Part shown: one piece after another, positions 18,393-27,468 of the stretch
How the letters are laid out: each line of letters opens with the position of its first letter
How positions within the stretch are numbered: the first letter of the stretch is position 1
Assembly: GCA_965203485.1 (NCBI GenBank)
Contig: OZ241892.1
Coordinates: 1,408,001 to 1,472,000 of the forward strand
Direction: 5' to 3'
DNA length: 64,000 nucleotides
From: Longimicrobiales bacterium
Lineage (GTDB): Bacteria > Gemmatimonadota > Gemmatimonadetes > Longimicrobiales > Gaopeijiaceae
Made by a program: the position numbers and the translations under genes
The notes under the pieces: generated by a model
Told to the model about the DNA's origin: nothing
Seen by the model: the letters and a program-made list of their open reading frames with translations, nothing else
Database searches by the model: none

Positions 18393-20188
18393 GGCAACGC
18401 CCTTCCGTGGTCTGCCCCGGCGGCGGCCGGCGGGCGTTCGAAGGCCAACTCCGGGTTCTCGGGCTTCGGCTGTCTGGTCATGAGCCGGGACAACGCCTCG
18501 GTGGGATCGGCCCCTTCGACGACGATGCGGTGCGCTTCGGCGCAGAGCGGCATTTCGACTTCCAAGCGGTCGGCGAGTTGGTTGACGGCGCGCACGGTTG
18601 CCACGCCTTCGGCCACCGTGCGCTCTCTCTTCAGAATTTCGCCAATCGGGCGTCCTTTGCCCAGTTGCACGCCGACGGCTCGGTTGCGGCTCAACTCGCC
18701 GGTGCAGGTCAGGACCAAGTCGCCCAAGCCGGCCAGTCCGGCGAACGTGACGGCCTGGGCGCCCAACGCGCCCCCTAGCCGGCTCGTCTCGGCCAGCCCG
18801 CGGGTGATCAGGGCGGCGACCGCGTTGCTCCCCAGCCCCAGCCCCGACGCGACCCCGGCCGCCAGCGCCACGACGTTCTTGAGCGCGCCCGCGAGCTGGA
18901 CGCCCACGACGTCGGGCGACGTGTAGACTCGGAAGCGGTCCGTCTGAAGAAGCGCCTGCGCGGCGAGGCACGCGTCCTCGTCGCGGCTGGCGACGACGAC
19001 CGCGGTCGGCCTTCCCGCGGCCACTTCGCGGGCGAAGCTCGGGCCGGAGAGCGCGCAGAAGCGCCGGACTTGCCGGGTCGGCAGGAACTCGGCGAACACC
19101 TCGTCCATGCGCCGCTTCGTTTCGACCTCGATGCCCTTCGAGCACGACACCACCAGCGCGTCCGCGGCGATGAACGGAGCCGCCCGCGCGAGCACGGCGG
19201 CCGAGTGCTGGACCGGACAGGCCCAGACTACCGCTCTCGCGCCGCCGAGAGCTCGTTCGAGCGAGCAAGTCGCCCGAAGCCGGCCTCGGTCCAGGGGAAC
19301 GCCCTTCAAGTAGACGGCGTTCTCGCCCGACGCCTCGATGGAGTCCACCACCTCCGGCTCGCGCGCCCACAGGCGGACTCGACCGGACTCGGCGAGGAGC
19401 TTGGCCAGCGCCGTGCCCCAGGAACCGGCCCCGACGACGGCGACGGGCCGGTCCGCGTCGTCCTCGCCCGAACCGGACGCCCGGCGCCCGCGCGCAACCC
19501 CGGCGGCGCCCGCATCCTCGCCGGCCGGTTCAGCCGCCGGCCTTCCAAGCGGCCCGGAGGCTTCGGCGTCTCTCCTTGGCGAGGCGGGCGCAGGTTCCCC
19601 AACCTTGGGCTCTTCTCCGCTCCGCAACCGCGCCAGGTTGCCGCGGTGGGACCAAGCGACGAACCCCGCCGTCACCAGCAAGAAGGCTCGCAGCGCGGTC
19701 CCCGCCCCCGCAACGAGCCATGCGGACATGGCGGCGGCCCCAGCGGCCGAAATGGACGCCAGCGAGACGTAGCGCGTCAGGAGCAGCGCCATTCCCCATG
19801 CGACGAGCGCAACGGCGAGAACCGGCGGGGAGAGCGCCGCCAGCACGCCGGCCCCCGTGGCCACGCCCTTCCCTCCGCGAAAGCCCGTCCAGAACGAGAA
19901 CGCGTGTCCGGCGATCGCCGCCGCGCCGTACAAGACCCCCCAGTCGGACGCCGGCAGTTCGTCGAGGCGCGGGAACCACAACGCCGGCGCAAGGCCCTTG
20001 AGGACGTCGGCCAGGACGACCGGCGCCCCGGCCTTCCAGCCGAGCACGCGGAAGGCGTTCGTGGCGCCCAAGTTGCCGCTTCCATGGGCGCGCAAGTCCA
20101 CTCCGTATGCCGCGCGGCCTACCCAGTACGACGCAGGGGTCGCGCCGACGACGTATGCGGCGAAGGTCAGCAGCAGCGCCGCGGTCAT
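18389..20188 (-). CDS. plsY-gpsA: Fused glycerol-3-phosphate acyltransferase PlsY / NAD(P)H glycerol-3-phosphate dehydrogenase GpsA
   Basis: N-half: GSGNLGATNAFR, GHAFSFWTGFRGGKGVATGAG, HRGNLARL. C-half: VVGAGSWGTALA, SKGIE, LSGPSFAREV, GALKNV, GLGDLVLTC...SRN, EGVAT. No stop codon between the halves. Confidence 0.9.
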   Translation of the reverse strand: MTAALLLTFAAYVVGATPASYWVGRAAYGVDLRAHGSGNLGATNAFRVLGWKAGAPVVLADVLKGLAPALWFPRLDELPASDWGVLYGAAAIAGHAFSFWTGFRGGKGVATGAGVLAALSPPVLAVALVAWGMALLLTRYVSLASISAAGAAAMSAWLVAGAGTALRAFLLVTAGFVAWSHRGNLARLRSGEEPKVGEPAPASPRRDAEASGPLGRPAAEPAGEDAGAAGVARGRRASGSGEDDADRPVAVVGAGSWGTALAKLLAESGRVRLWAREPEVVDSIEASGENAVYLKGVPLDRGRLRATCSLERALGGARAVVWACPVQHSAAVLARAAPFIAADALVVSCSKGIEVETKRRMDEVFAEFLPTRQVRRFCALSGPSFAREVAAGRPTAVVVASRDEDACLAAQALLQTDRFRVYTSPDVVGVQLAGALKNVVALAAGVASGLGLGSNAVAALITRGLAETSRLGGALGAQAVTFAGLAGLGDLVLTCTGELSRNRAVGVQLGKGRPIGEILKRERTVAEGVATVRAVNQLADRLEVEMPLCAEAHRIVVEGADPTEALSRLMTRQPKPENPELAFERPPAAAGADHGRALP

Positions 20189-21513
20189 CGTCGCGCGTTC
20201 TCGCCGCCGCTCCTGCGGAAGCGGACGCGGACGGGCACTCCGGCGAAGTTCCAGCGGCGCCGCAATCCGTTGGCGAGGTAGCGGCGATAGGCGGCCGGCA
20301 CGTCCTTGGGGTAGTTGGCGAAGACCACGAAGGTGGGCGGCGCGGTCGTCGCCTGGGTCGCGTACTTGAGCCTGAGCGGGCGCCCCCGCACGTGCGGCGG
20401 AGGACGCTGGGCCGTCAAGTTCCGGACCGCCCGGTTCACTCTCGCCGTCTCCAAGCGCGCACGCCGCCGTTCGGCGACGCCGAGCGCCAAGTCGAGGACC
20501 CTGCGCACGCGCATGCCGGTAAGCGCCGACGCGAACAAGAACGGCGCGTCGGCGAGAAAAGGCGCCCGGCCGCGGACCTCGGCCTCGAACTCCTGGGCCG
20601 TGCGCGCGTCCTTCGTCACCAAGTCCCACTTGTTGCACACCGCGACCACGCCGCAGCCCGCGTCCCATGCCGCGCGGGCCACCTTGACGTCCTGCACGTG
20701 CAGACCCTCCGCGGCGTCGATCATCGCGAGACACACGTCGGCGTCCTCGACCACCCGCGCCGTGCGCAGGTTCGCGTAGTACTCGACCGAATCCCGGATG
20801 CGGGAGTGCCGGCGGAGTCCGGCCGTGTCGACGAACGTCACCGTCCTTCCGTGGTACTTGAGGTGCAGGTCGACCGGATCGCGCGTGGTCCCGGCCTCGT
20901 CGCTCACCACCATGCGCTCCTCTCCGAAGATGCGGTTCACGAAGGACGACTTGCCCGCGTTGGGCTTGCCGATCACGGCGACGCGCACGTCGCTCGCGGA
21001 CGGCGTCCCATCCTCCCCGGGCAACCGTTGCAGCAACTCGTCGAAGAGATCGCCGAGGCCCCGGCCCGACATGGCGCTGACCGGATGCGGCCTTCCCATC
21101 CCCAGAGCCCAGAAGTCCAGGTGCGACTGCGCGCCCGGGAGATCGTCCACCTTGTTCGCCGCGAGCAGGACGGGTTTGCCGGCCCGGCGCAGCACGTCGG
21201 CCAGGTGTTCGTCCAGAGAGTGCACGCCTTCCTTCGAGTCCACGAGGAACACCACGGCGTCGGCCTCGCCGATCGCGGTCATGGCCTGTCGGCGAACGCT
21301 GCGGTCGATCTCGCGGGCGGAATCCTCGATCACGCCGCCCGTGTCGACCACGAAGAAGCCGCGCCCGCACCACTCCGCCTCGCCGAAGTTGCGGTCGCGC
21401 GTCACGCCGGCCGCGTCGTCCACGATTGCGGTTCGGCGCCCCACCGCCCGGTTGAAGAAGGTCGACTTCCCCACGTTGGGCCGCCCGACGACCGCGACCA
21501 CTGGAAGGCTCAC
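20185..21513 (-). CDS. der: Ribosome biogenesis GTPase Der (EngA)
   Basis: Two G domains (GRPNVGKST...DTGG...NKVD; GKPNAGKSS...DTAG...NKWD) plus the C-terminal KH-like domain. Confidence 0.96.
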   Translation of the reverse strand: MSLPVVAVVGRPNVGKSTFFNRAVGRRTAIVDDAAGVTRDRNFGEAEWCGRGFFVVDTGGVIEDSAREIDRSVRRQAMTAIGEADAVVFLVDSKEGVHSLDEHLADVLRRAGKPVLLAANKVDDLPGAQSHLDFWALGMGRPHPVSAMSGRGLGDLFDELLQRLPGEDGTPSASDVRVAVIGKPNAGKSSFVNRIFGEERMVVSDEAGTTRDPVDLHLKYHGRTVTFVDTAGLRRHSRIRDSVEYYANLRTARVVEDADVCLAMIDAAEGLHVQDVKVARAAWDAGCGVVAVCNKWDLVTKDARTAQEFEAEVRGRAPFLADAPFLFASALTGMRVRRVLDLALGVAERRRARLETARVNRAVRNLTAQRPPPHVRGRPLRLKYATQATTAPPTFVVFANYPKDVPAAYRRYLANGLRRRWNFAGVPVRVRFRRSGGENARR

Positions 21514-22784
21514 GGCGCCGCCAGCGCGTCGAGCAGGCCGGCGCCCGTCCGCGTCTCGGCCGGCGCCAGCCGTCGCTCGACCTCGGCCAGCGCCAGCCCG
21601 TCGATGAATACGCCGTCTCCGTTGACGGCCTCTTTCGGCAACAGAACCAAGTCTCCGTCCCGCGACGGCCCGAGCGCATCCACCAGGTCGCGCCCGGCCA
21701 AGAGGCCGGCGACCGTCACCGTCGGCCCGAAGTACCGGTTCCCGACCGTCACGAGATCGACCTCGGCGGCGACGCCGGCGGCGACGGCCGGAGCAAGGCG
21801 CTCCATGAAGGGAGACATCGAGCGGCCGGTGGCAATTCGCACCCGGTTCACCCCTGTCAAGGGACGCAGCCGCCCCCTGCCGGTCTCGAAACAATCCAGG
21901 AACGCCCGCAACGCGCCGACTCCGTTCTCGACCAGCTCCGCGCCGCCGTAGTAGTCGGCAGCGGGTGGTTCGCGCCCGGCGACGAGGAACATCTCGTCGG
22001 CGGCGTAGCACCACGCGCCGTCCCGCTCTTGCCGCGCCCGGCGCCGGGCCTCGCCCACTTGGCGCAGGGCGCGATCGGCTTCGCCGGGAGTCAGAAGGCG
22101 CACGGGGCGGTTCAGGTTGTGCCGCGTCAGGCCGACCGGCACCACGGACAGAGTGAGGACGGCGCCGCCCAGGGCGTACAGGTCGCGAATCGTGCGGTCC
22201 AGCTCGGTTCCGTCGTTCCAGCCCGGACAGAGCACGATCTGGGCGTGCACTTCGACGCCGCCGTCCAGGAGAACGCCAAGCTGGTCGAGGACGGGAGGCG
22301 CGCGGTCGTTGCCCAGAAGGCGGTTGCGGACGTCGGTGTCCGTGGCGTGCACGCTCACGTAGAGCGGCGATATCCGCTGGTCGACGAGACGCTGAATGCC
22401 TCGCGGACCCAAGTTGGTCAGCGTCACGTAGCTGCCGTAGGTGAACGACAAGCGGAAGTCGTCGTCGCGAAGCCAGAGCGGCGCCCGCGCCTCGGGCAGA
22501 TTCCCGTCGATGAAGCAGAACACGCAGGCGTTGGCGCACTCGCGCACCTTGTCGCGGGCGGGGACGATGCCGAGCGCCTCGCCCGGATCGCGCTCGATGT
22601 CGTAGACGACGAGCTCGCCGCCGGGGGACACCGCCTCGAGCTCGATGCGGGCCTCCGCCGTGCGAAACGCGAAGTCCAGCGAGTCGCGGACGCGCTCGCC
22701 GTTGACGCTCAGGACGCGCGTTCCAATCTGAAGCTCCAGGGTCTCCCCCAAGGAGCCGGACGCGATTTCGGCGATTCGCACCAC
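21510..22784 (-). CDS. DUF512 / PDZ-containing putative radical-SAM Fe-S protein
   Basis: PDZ-like N-terminus, CANACVFCF, DDDFRLSFTYGSYVTLTN, QIVLCPGWNDG, ENGVG, VTVAGLLAG. Commonly found next to der. Confidence 0.85.
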   Translation of the reverse strand: MVRIAEIASGSLGETLELQIGTRVLSVNGERVRDSLDFAFRTAEARIELEAVSPGGELVVYDIERDPGEALGIVPARDKVRECANACVFCFIDGNLPEARAPLWLRDDDFRLSFTYGSYVTLTNLGPRGIQRLVDQRISPLYVSVHATDTDVRNRLLGNDRAPPVLDQLGVLLDGGVEVHAQIVLCPGWNDGTELDRTIRDLYALGGAVLTLSVVPVGLTRHNLNRPVRLLTPGEADRALRQVGEARRRARQERDGAWCYAADEMFLVAGREPPAADYYGGAELVENGVGALRAFLDCFETGRGRLRPLTGVNRVRIATGRSMSPFMERLAPAVAAGVAAEVDLVTVGNRYFGPTVTVAGLLAGRDLVDALGPSRDGDLVLLPKEAVNGDGVFIDGLALAEVERRLAPAETRTGAGLLDALAAP

Positions 22785-22966
22785 GGACGATTTCTCTCCC
22801 GCTGCGCGGACGACCCCAACCCCTTCCCCGTCCTCCGCAAGGGCGGTCGCGGCAAGCGGCTAGACTTGCCGCCAAGGAGGCGCGAACGTCTCCGATCGCC
22901 GTACAGGCGGAGGGACGCCCGCCTTCCTCGCCCTTTCGGGCGGGCGCCGGGCTCGGGGGCTGGGGG

Positions 22967-23845
22967 CTAGCGGTTCCGCGCCAGCATCTCCTGGAAGAGG
23001 ATGTGGTCGCGCACGTTGTTCCAGGTGTAGCGGGTCGACAGGCTGTTGACCGTCACCAGAGTCGAGCTGGCGATGAGGGGCTCCAGGAGGCCCACGGCTT
23101 CCGCCACGTCGCCCAGCTCCGCGTAAGTCTGCGCCCACCGGCGCTGCACGCCCGGGCGAGCCTCGTCGCTGACGGGCATCGACATGGCCTTTTCGAGCGC
23201 CGCGCGCGCGTCCGCCATGCGGCCCGCCCTGGCCAAGTTGCGCGCGTACTGCCCCTGCCAGTTGGCTTGCTGGTCCGGGGCGTCGAAATCGAGCGGATTG
23301 CGGTCCCACGCCGCCACGAGGCGCCCCCACAGGATGCGCGACTCGTGCTGCCGCCCCGCGACGCGGTGCATCCAAGCCTTCTCGGCCAAGCACGTGCACC
23401 GGTAGCCGGGATCCGGATGGTCGGGAGACAGCTCCGCGACGAGTTCGTCGAATTCGCCGCCCTGGAGGAGCGCTGGGAAGCTGTTGGTCACGCCCGCGAC
23501 CTGCACGGGGGTGAGGCGGACGACGGCCCGCGTCTCCCGCAGCGCCCGTTGCATGCCGTCCACGCCGCCGCCGGACGCGAGCGCCTGAAAGATGTGCTCG
23601 CGCACCCATTCGCCCTTGGCGGCTTCGAGGGCTTCCGTGGCTTGGTCGAGCAGCTGCGCGGCCACTTCGAAGTCGCCGAGGCGCCGGGCCGCGGCCGCTC
23701 CTGCCATGAGAACGCCCAGGTCGCTCGAGCCGCGTGCGTCCTGGACGCGCGTCATGAGGTCGGGGGCGGGCGTCTGCGCCAACATCGGAACGGCGGAGAA
23801 AGTGACGAGCGAGAGGGCGACGGTCGGCAGAAGGGCTCTGCGCAT
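22967..23845 (-). CDS. Secreted helical-repeat (TPR-like) hypothetical protein
   Basis: Signal peptide MRRALLPTVALSLVTFSAVPMLA-Q, followed by amphipathic helical repeats. Confidence 0.65.
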   Translation of the reverse strand: MRRALLPTVALSLVTFSAVPMLAQTPAPDLMTRVQDARGSSDLGVLMAGAAAARRLGDFEVAAQLLDQATEALEAAKGEWVREHIFQALASGGGVDGMQRALRETRAVVRLTPVQVAGVTNSFPALLQGGEFDELVAELSPDHPDPGYRCTCLAEKAWMHRVAGRQHESRILWGRLVAAWDRNPLDFDAPDQQANWQGQYARNLARAGRMADARAALEKAMSMPVSDEARPGVQRRWAQTYAELGDVAEAVGLLEPLIASSTLVTVNSLSTRYTWNNVRDHILFQEMLARNR

Positions 23846-23922
23846 GGTGCGGCTCCGAATGGGGCGAATGTGCGGAATGTCCTCGCGCGGCGGCGCATGG
23901 GGCGCCGAGACGCGGCGCGAAG

Positions 23923-23995
23923 AGCGGGAGACGGGAATCGAACCCGCGACCCTCAGCTTGGGAAGCTGATGCTCTACCGACTGAGCTACTCCCGC
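23923..23995 (-). tRNA. tRNA-Gly (anticodon CCC)
   Basis: Minus strand GCGGGAGTAGCTCAGTCGGTAGAGCATCAGC-TTCCCAA-GCTGAGGGTCGCGGGTTCGATTCCCGTCTCCCGCT. Confidence 0.95.
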
Positions 23996-24011
23996 TATGG
24001 GCCTGCCGTCG

Positions 24012-25409
24012 TCACCGATTGAGTACCTCCAGATAGTAGGCGAGCACCGACTCGTCGCTGGTAAGGTCCGCCTGAAAGCTCTGCGCCGCGTCTGCCGCAG
24101 GAGCGATGACCCGAACGTCCACGAAGCCGACTTCGGCCCCGTCCTCGCCCAGAAAGTGGACTCGCACTTCGACAGTCGTGCCCGGCTCCAGCAACTTGTT
24201 GGTCAGCTCGCCACGCACGGACCCGCCGCCCGACGACCGGGGGGTCAGCGTCGTGCCGCCCAAGTTGAACTCCAGGGCCTCGGCGGACTCCAGCACGCGC
24301 ACGGCTTCCTGCTCGTCGCCCGCCTGGACCAGCGCCTGCGCGTAGAGCCGATGGTTGTATGGGTCGAAGCCGTCGAGTTCGATCAAGCGGGAGCTGACGG
24401 CCGCCAGCTCCTCCCACGCCTCCGAGTCCAGGAGGGCCTGGGCCAAGTTGAACAGCGCGTCGCGGCTCTCGGGAGCGATCTCCGCCACCTTGCGAAACGC
24501 GTCGGCGGCTTGCTCGAACGCCTCGCCCGTGTACAGGCCGACTCCGACGTTCATCAGTTCGCGGGGGCCGAGATCGTCGTTTGCCAGCAATCCGTCGTAG
24601 ATGGCCTGGGCCGAGTCCTGCATTCCCGACATTGACAGCACGGACGCCATGCTCGAAAGCGCCGTGACGTCGTTCGGATAGTTGCCCAGGTAGGTCTCGT
24701 ACTCCGCGATGGCCTCGTCGTGACGCTCGGCTTGGCTCAGCAACTGCGCGCGGTTGAAGGCTACGCTCATCTCCCGCTCGGACCAACTTGCCCGCGTGGC
24801 GCTGTCCACGCTCTCGGAGCGAGGGTTGCGGATGATCCGGAGCGCGCGGCCGAACGCATCGATGGCGTCGTCCGGGCGCTCCGCCATGTTGTACGCCATG
24901 CCGAGGTTGATCAAGGCCTCGGGGCGCCGCTCGCTGAAGATCATCTCGGCCTTCTCGAGCAGGCGGATGCCTTCCGCCGCGTCGCCGGCGTCGATGGGAA
25001 CGAGGGCGGTGTTGAACGCCGTGATCCATGCGCTCTCGCGCTCGATGCGGATGTCCTCGCCGTAGGCGGGATAGAGTTCCAATGCCTTGTCGAACAGCGA
25101 GTCGGCCGCCACGTAGTCGTCCAGGCCTATTTGGGCTTGGCCCGCCAGCATGTAGCCCATCGGATTGTCGGCTTCCTGGGCGATCGACGTCATGGCGGCG
25201 GCGAGAGCCTCCCGGTAGCGCGCCTCGCCTCCGTCCTCGGCGGCGCCCGCCTGCAGCAACGCGAACTGCGCCGTGCGCGTGTGAGTGTTCTCGCTGGGCG
25301 CGAATCCCTCCATTCCGCCCCCGTCGCCTCCCCCACCCGAGCCGGAAGCACATCCGCCTGCGGCCAGTCCGCAGGCAACCGCGATAACGCCGAACTGGGC
25401 CCTGTTCAC
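24012..25409 (-). CDS. TPR-repeat lipoprotein with C-terminal FxLYD-like beta domain
   Basis: Lipobox AGGC-ASG, multiple TPRs, C-terminal 'VRGELTN...VRVHFLGEDGAEVG'. Confidence 0.75.
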   Translation of the reverse strand: MNRAQFGVIAVACGLAAGGCASGSGGGGDGGGMEGFAPSENTHTRTAQFALLQAGAAEDGGEARYREALAAAMTSIAQEADNPMGYMLAGQAQIGLDDYVAADSLFDKALELYPAYGEDIRIERESAWITAFNTALVPIDAGDAAEGIRLLEKAEMIFSERRPEALINLGMAYNMAERPDDAIDAFGRALRIIRNPRSESVDSATRASWSEREMSVAFNRAQLLSQAERHDEAIAEYETYLGNYPNDVTALSSMASVLSMSGMQDSAQAIYDGLLANDDLGPRELMNVGVGLYTGEAFEQAADAFRKVAEIAPESRDALFNLAQALLDSEAWEELAAVSSRLIELDGFDPYNHRLYAQALVQAGDEQEAVRVLESAEALEFNLGGTTLTPRSSGGGSVRGELTNKLLEPGTTVEVRVHFLGEDGAEVGFVDVRVIAPAADAAQSFQADLTSDESVLAYYLEVLNR

Positions 25410-25615
25410 TCAATTCTCCTGATCACGTTGGGTCTGGCGCCCGCCTCTGCCCGAAGGCCCAAGGGGGCGCCGCGTCCTGGAAGCCGACTTGAAATGTATT
25501 GCCCGGCCCGCCGGAGGTCAAAGCCCGAAGTCGGCCTCGCGGCCGCGCCGTCCAGCGGGCGAGGGCCGGGGCAACTTGGGGGATGCGCCCGGTCGCCGGT
25601 GAATCGCGACCGGTC

Positions 25616-27463
25616 TCAAGGCGGCCTCCGGTTCAGGAACGACAGGATGCGCACGCCGGCCGCCTCGCTCAGACCGGGGACGCGGCCGATCTCCTCGGGC
25701 GTGGCGCTCCGCACGCCGCGGACGGATCCGAACCGGGAGAGCAGCGCCTGCTGCCGCTTCGGCCCGATGCCCGGAATTTCGGCGAGCTGCGAGCGCAGCG
25801 CGCGGCGCGACCGAAGCTTGCGGTTGTATCCGACCGCGATCCGGTGGGCCTCGTTCCTGGCGCGCTGAAGCACATAGAGCGACGGAGCCGTCGGCGGGAT
25901 GCGGACGGCCGCCCGGCGTCCCGGCACGTAAGCGACCTCTTCCTTCTTGGCGAGCGCCGCGAGCGCCACTCCTTCGGCGCCGGCCTCGGCCACGGCGCCC
26001 GCCGCCGCGCTCAGCTGTCCCTTGCCTCCATCGACCAAAAGCAGGTCGGGAAGCCGGTCGCCCGCCTTGGCCGCGCGGGCGAAGTAGCGGACCACGGCTT
26101 CGGCCATCGACAGGCAGTCGTCCGCGCCGCGCTCGTGGCGGATCCTCATTCGGCGGTATCCGGCGCGCCACGGCTCGCCGTTCTTGAGGGTCGCCACGCC
26201 GGCCACGGTCTCTGCGCCCTGCGTGTGCGAGACGTCGAAGCACGCCAGCAACCGCGGCACGACCTTGAGGCCCAGGTAGTCCTGCAACTCGTAAAGGGCC
26301 TCGCCGGCCCGGCCCGGCGACCCGGCGCCTCCCCGGGCGGCGTCTTCCAGCACGTGGCGCGCGTTGGCCACGCCCAGCCGCACCAATTCGGCCTTGGCGC
26401 CGCGCTTGGGCGCCCGCACGCTCACGCGCCGCCCCGCTTGGCGCGAGAGGACTTGTCCGAGAAGGTCCATGTCCGGAAAGGCGGCGGGCACGAGCACCTC
26501 CCGCGGCAAGTGCTCCAGCGTCTCCGTGCCGCCCGCCAAGTACGCATGCGACGCGAAGCGCCCCACGAGCGCCTCGTCGGGGTCGTCCTCCGTGCCCGAC
26601 AGAAAGTGGGCGTCCTGGCCGATCAGCACGCCGTCCCTGATGCGGAGCTTGACCGCGGCGGCCCGCTTTCCGTCCCTTGCCAGCCCGACGACGTCGCGGT
26701 CGCCGCCCCCCGTCGTCTGCACGCGTTGCCGCCCACCGATACCGTTCAGTCCGGCAAGCACGTCGCGCAACAGGGCTGCCCTCTCGAAGTTCAACTCCAA
26801 AGCCGCGTTGCGCATCTCTGCTTCAACCTCCGCCTGAACCTTGGCGACATCGCCGGCCAGGACGCGGACCAGCCCGTCGACGGCGGCCCGATAGTCCTCC
26901 ACGGACTGCTTTCCGGCGCAAGGGGCGTGACAGCGGCCGATGTCGTAGTCCAAGCACGGCCTGGAGGGCGTCTCGGCGGGCAAGTCGTAGCGGCAGGAGC
27001 GGATGCCGCAGCTCTTGTTCAGCAAGTCCAGCGCGGCCCGCACCCGGCCCACGGCGGTGAACGGTCCGAAGTATCTCGCGCCGTCCTTGCGCACGCGTCG
27101 CGTCAGGTAGGCGCGCGGAAACGGCTCGCCCGTCGTCACCTTGACGTAGGGATACTTCTTGTCGTCCCGCAGGTGGATGTTGAAGCGGGGCTGGTGCTCC
27201 TTGATGAGGTTGGCCTCCAGGATCAGCGCCTCCGCGTCCGATCCCACCACGAAGGTCCGGACCGTTCGGGACCGGCGGACCAATTCCCGCGTCTTGACGC
27301 CCAGACCGCGCGCCAAGTAGGAGCGCACGCGGGCGCTCAGCCGCTTCGCCTTGCCCACGTAAAGGATCTCTCCCGTCGGACTGCGGAACATGTAGACTCC
27401 CGGCCCCGGCGGGAGACGGCGCACGTTCGCCGCGTCGAGCGGAATGCCGTCCGGTTCCGCCAT
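25616..27463 (-). CDS. uvrC: Excinuclease ABC subunit C
   Basis: GVYMF...LYVGKAK (GIY-YIG), PRFNIHLRDDKKYP, YFGPF, Cys cluster, CFDVSH, VDGGKGQL, HhH IPGIGPKR. Confidence 0.95.
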   Translation of the reverse strand: MAEPDGIPLDAANVRRLPPGPGVYMFRSPTGEILYVGKAKRLSARVRSYLARGLGVKTRELVRRSRTVRTFVVGSDAEALILEANLIKEHQPRFNIHLRDDKKYPYVKVTTGEPFPRAYLTRRVRKDGARYFGPFTAVGRVRAALDLLNKSCGIRSCRYDLPAETPSRPCLDYDIGRCHAPCAGKQSVEDYRAAVDGLVRVLAGDVAKVQAEVEAEMRNAALELNFERAALLRDVLAGLNGIGGRQRVQTTGGGDRDVVGLARDGKRAAAVKLRIRDGVLIGQDAHFLSGTEDDPDEALVGRFASHAYLAGGTETLEHLPREVLVPAAFPDMDLLGQVLSRQAGRRVSVRAPKRGAKAELVRLGVANARHVLEDAARGGAGSPGRAGEALYELQDYLGLKVVPRLLACFDVSHTQGAETVAGVATLKNGEPWRAGYRRMRIRHERGADDCLSMAEAVVRYFARAAKAGDRLPDLLLVDGGKGQLSAAAGAVAEAGAEGVALAALAKKEEVAYVPGRRAAVRIPPTAPSLYVLQRARNEAHRIAVGYNRKLRSRRALRSQLAEIPGIGPKRQQALLSRFGSVRGVRSATPEEIGRVPGLSEAAGVRILSFLNRRPP

Positions 27464-27468
27464 TCCCG

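Noticed and set aside
25840..25870. UvrC 'RNEAH' instead of 'RDEAH' as an inactivating change
   Set aside because: The catalytic Asp, Asp and His of the RNase H-like domain (CFDVSH, VDGG, EAH) are present, so the substitution alone does not imply loss of function.
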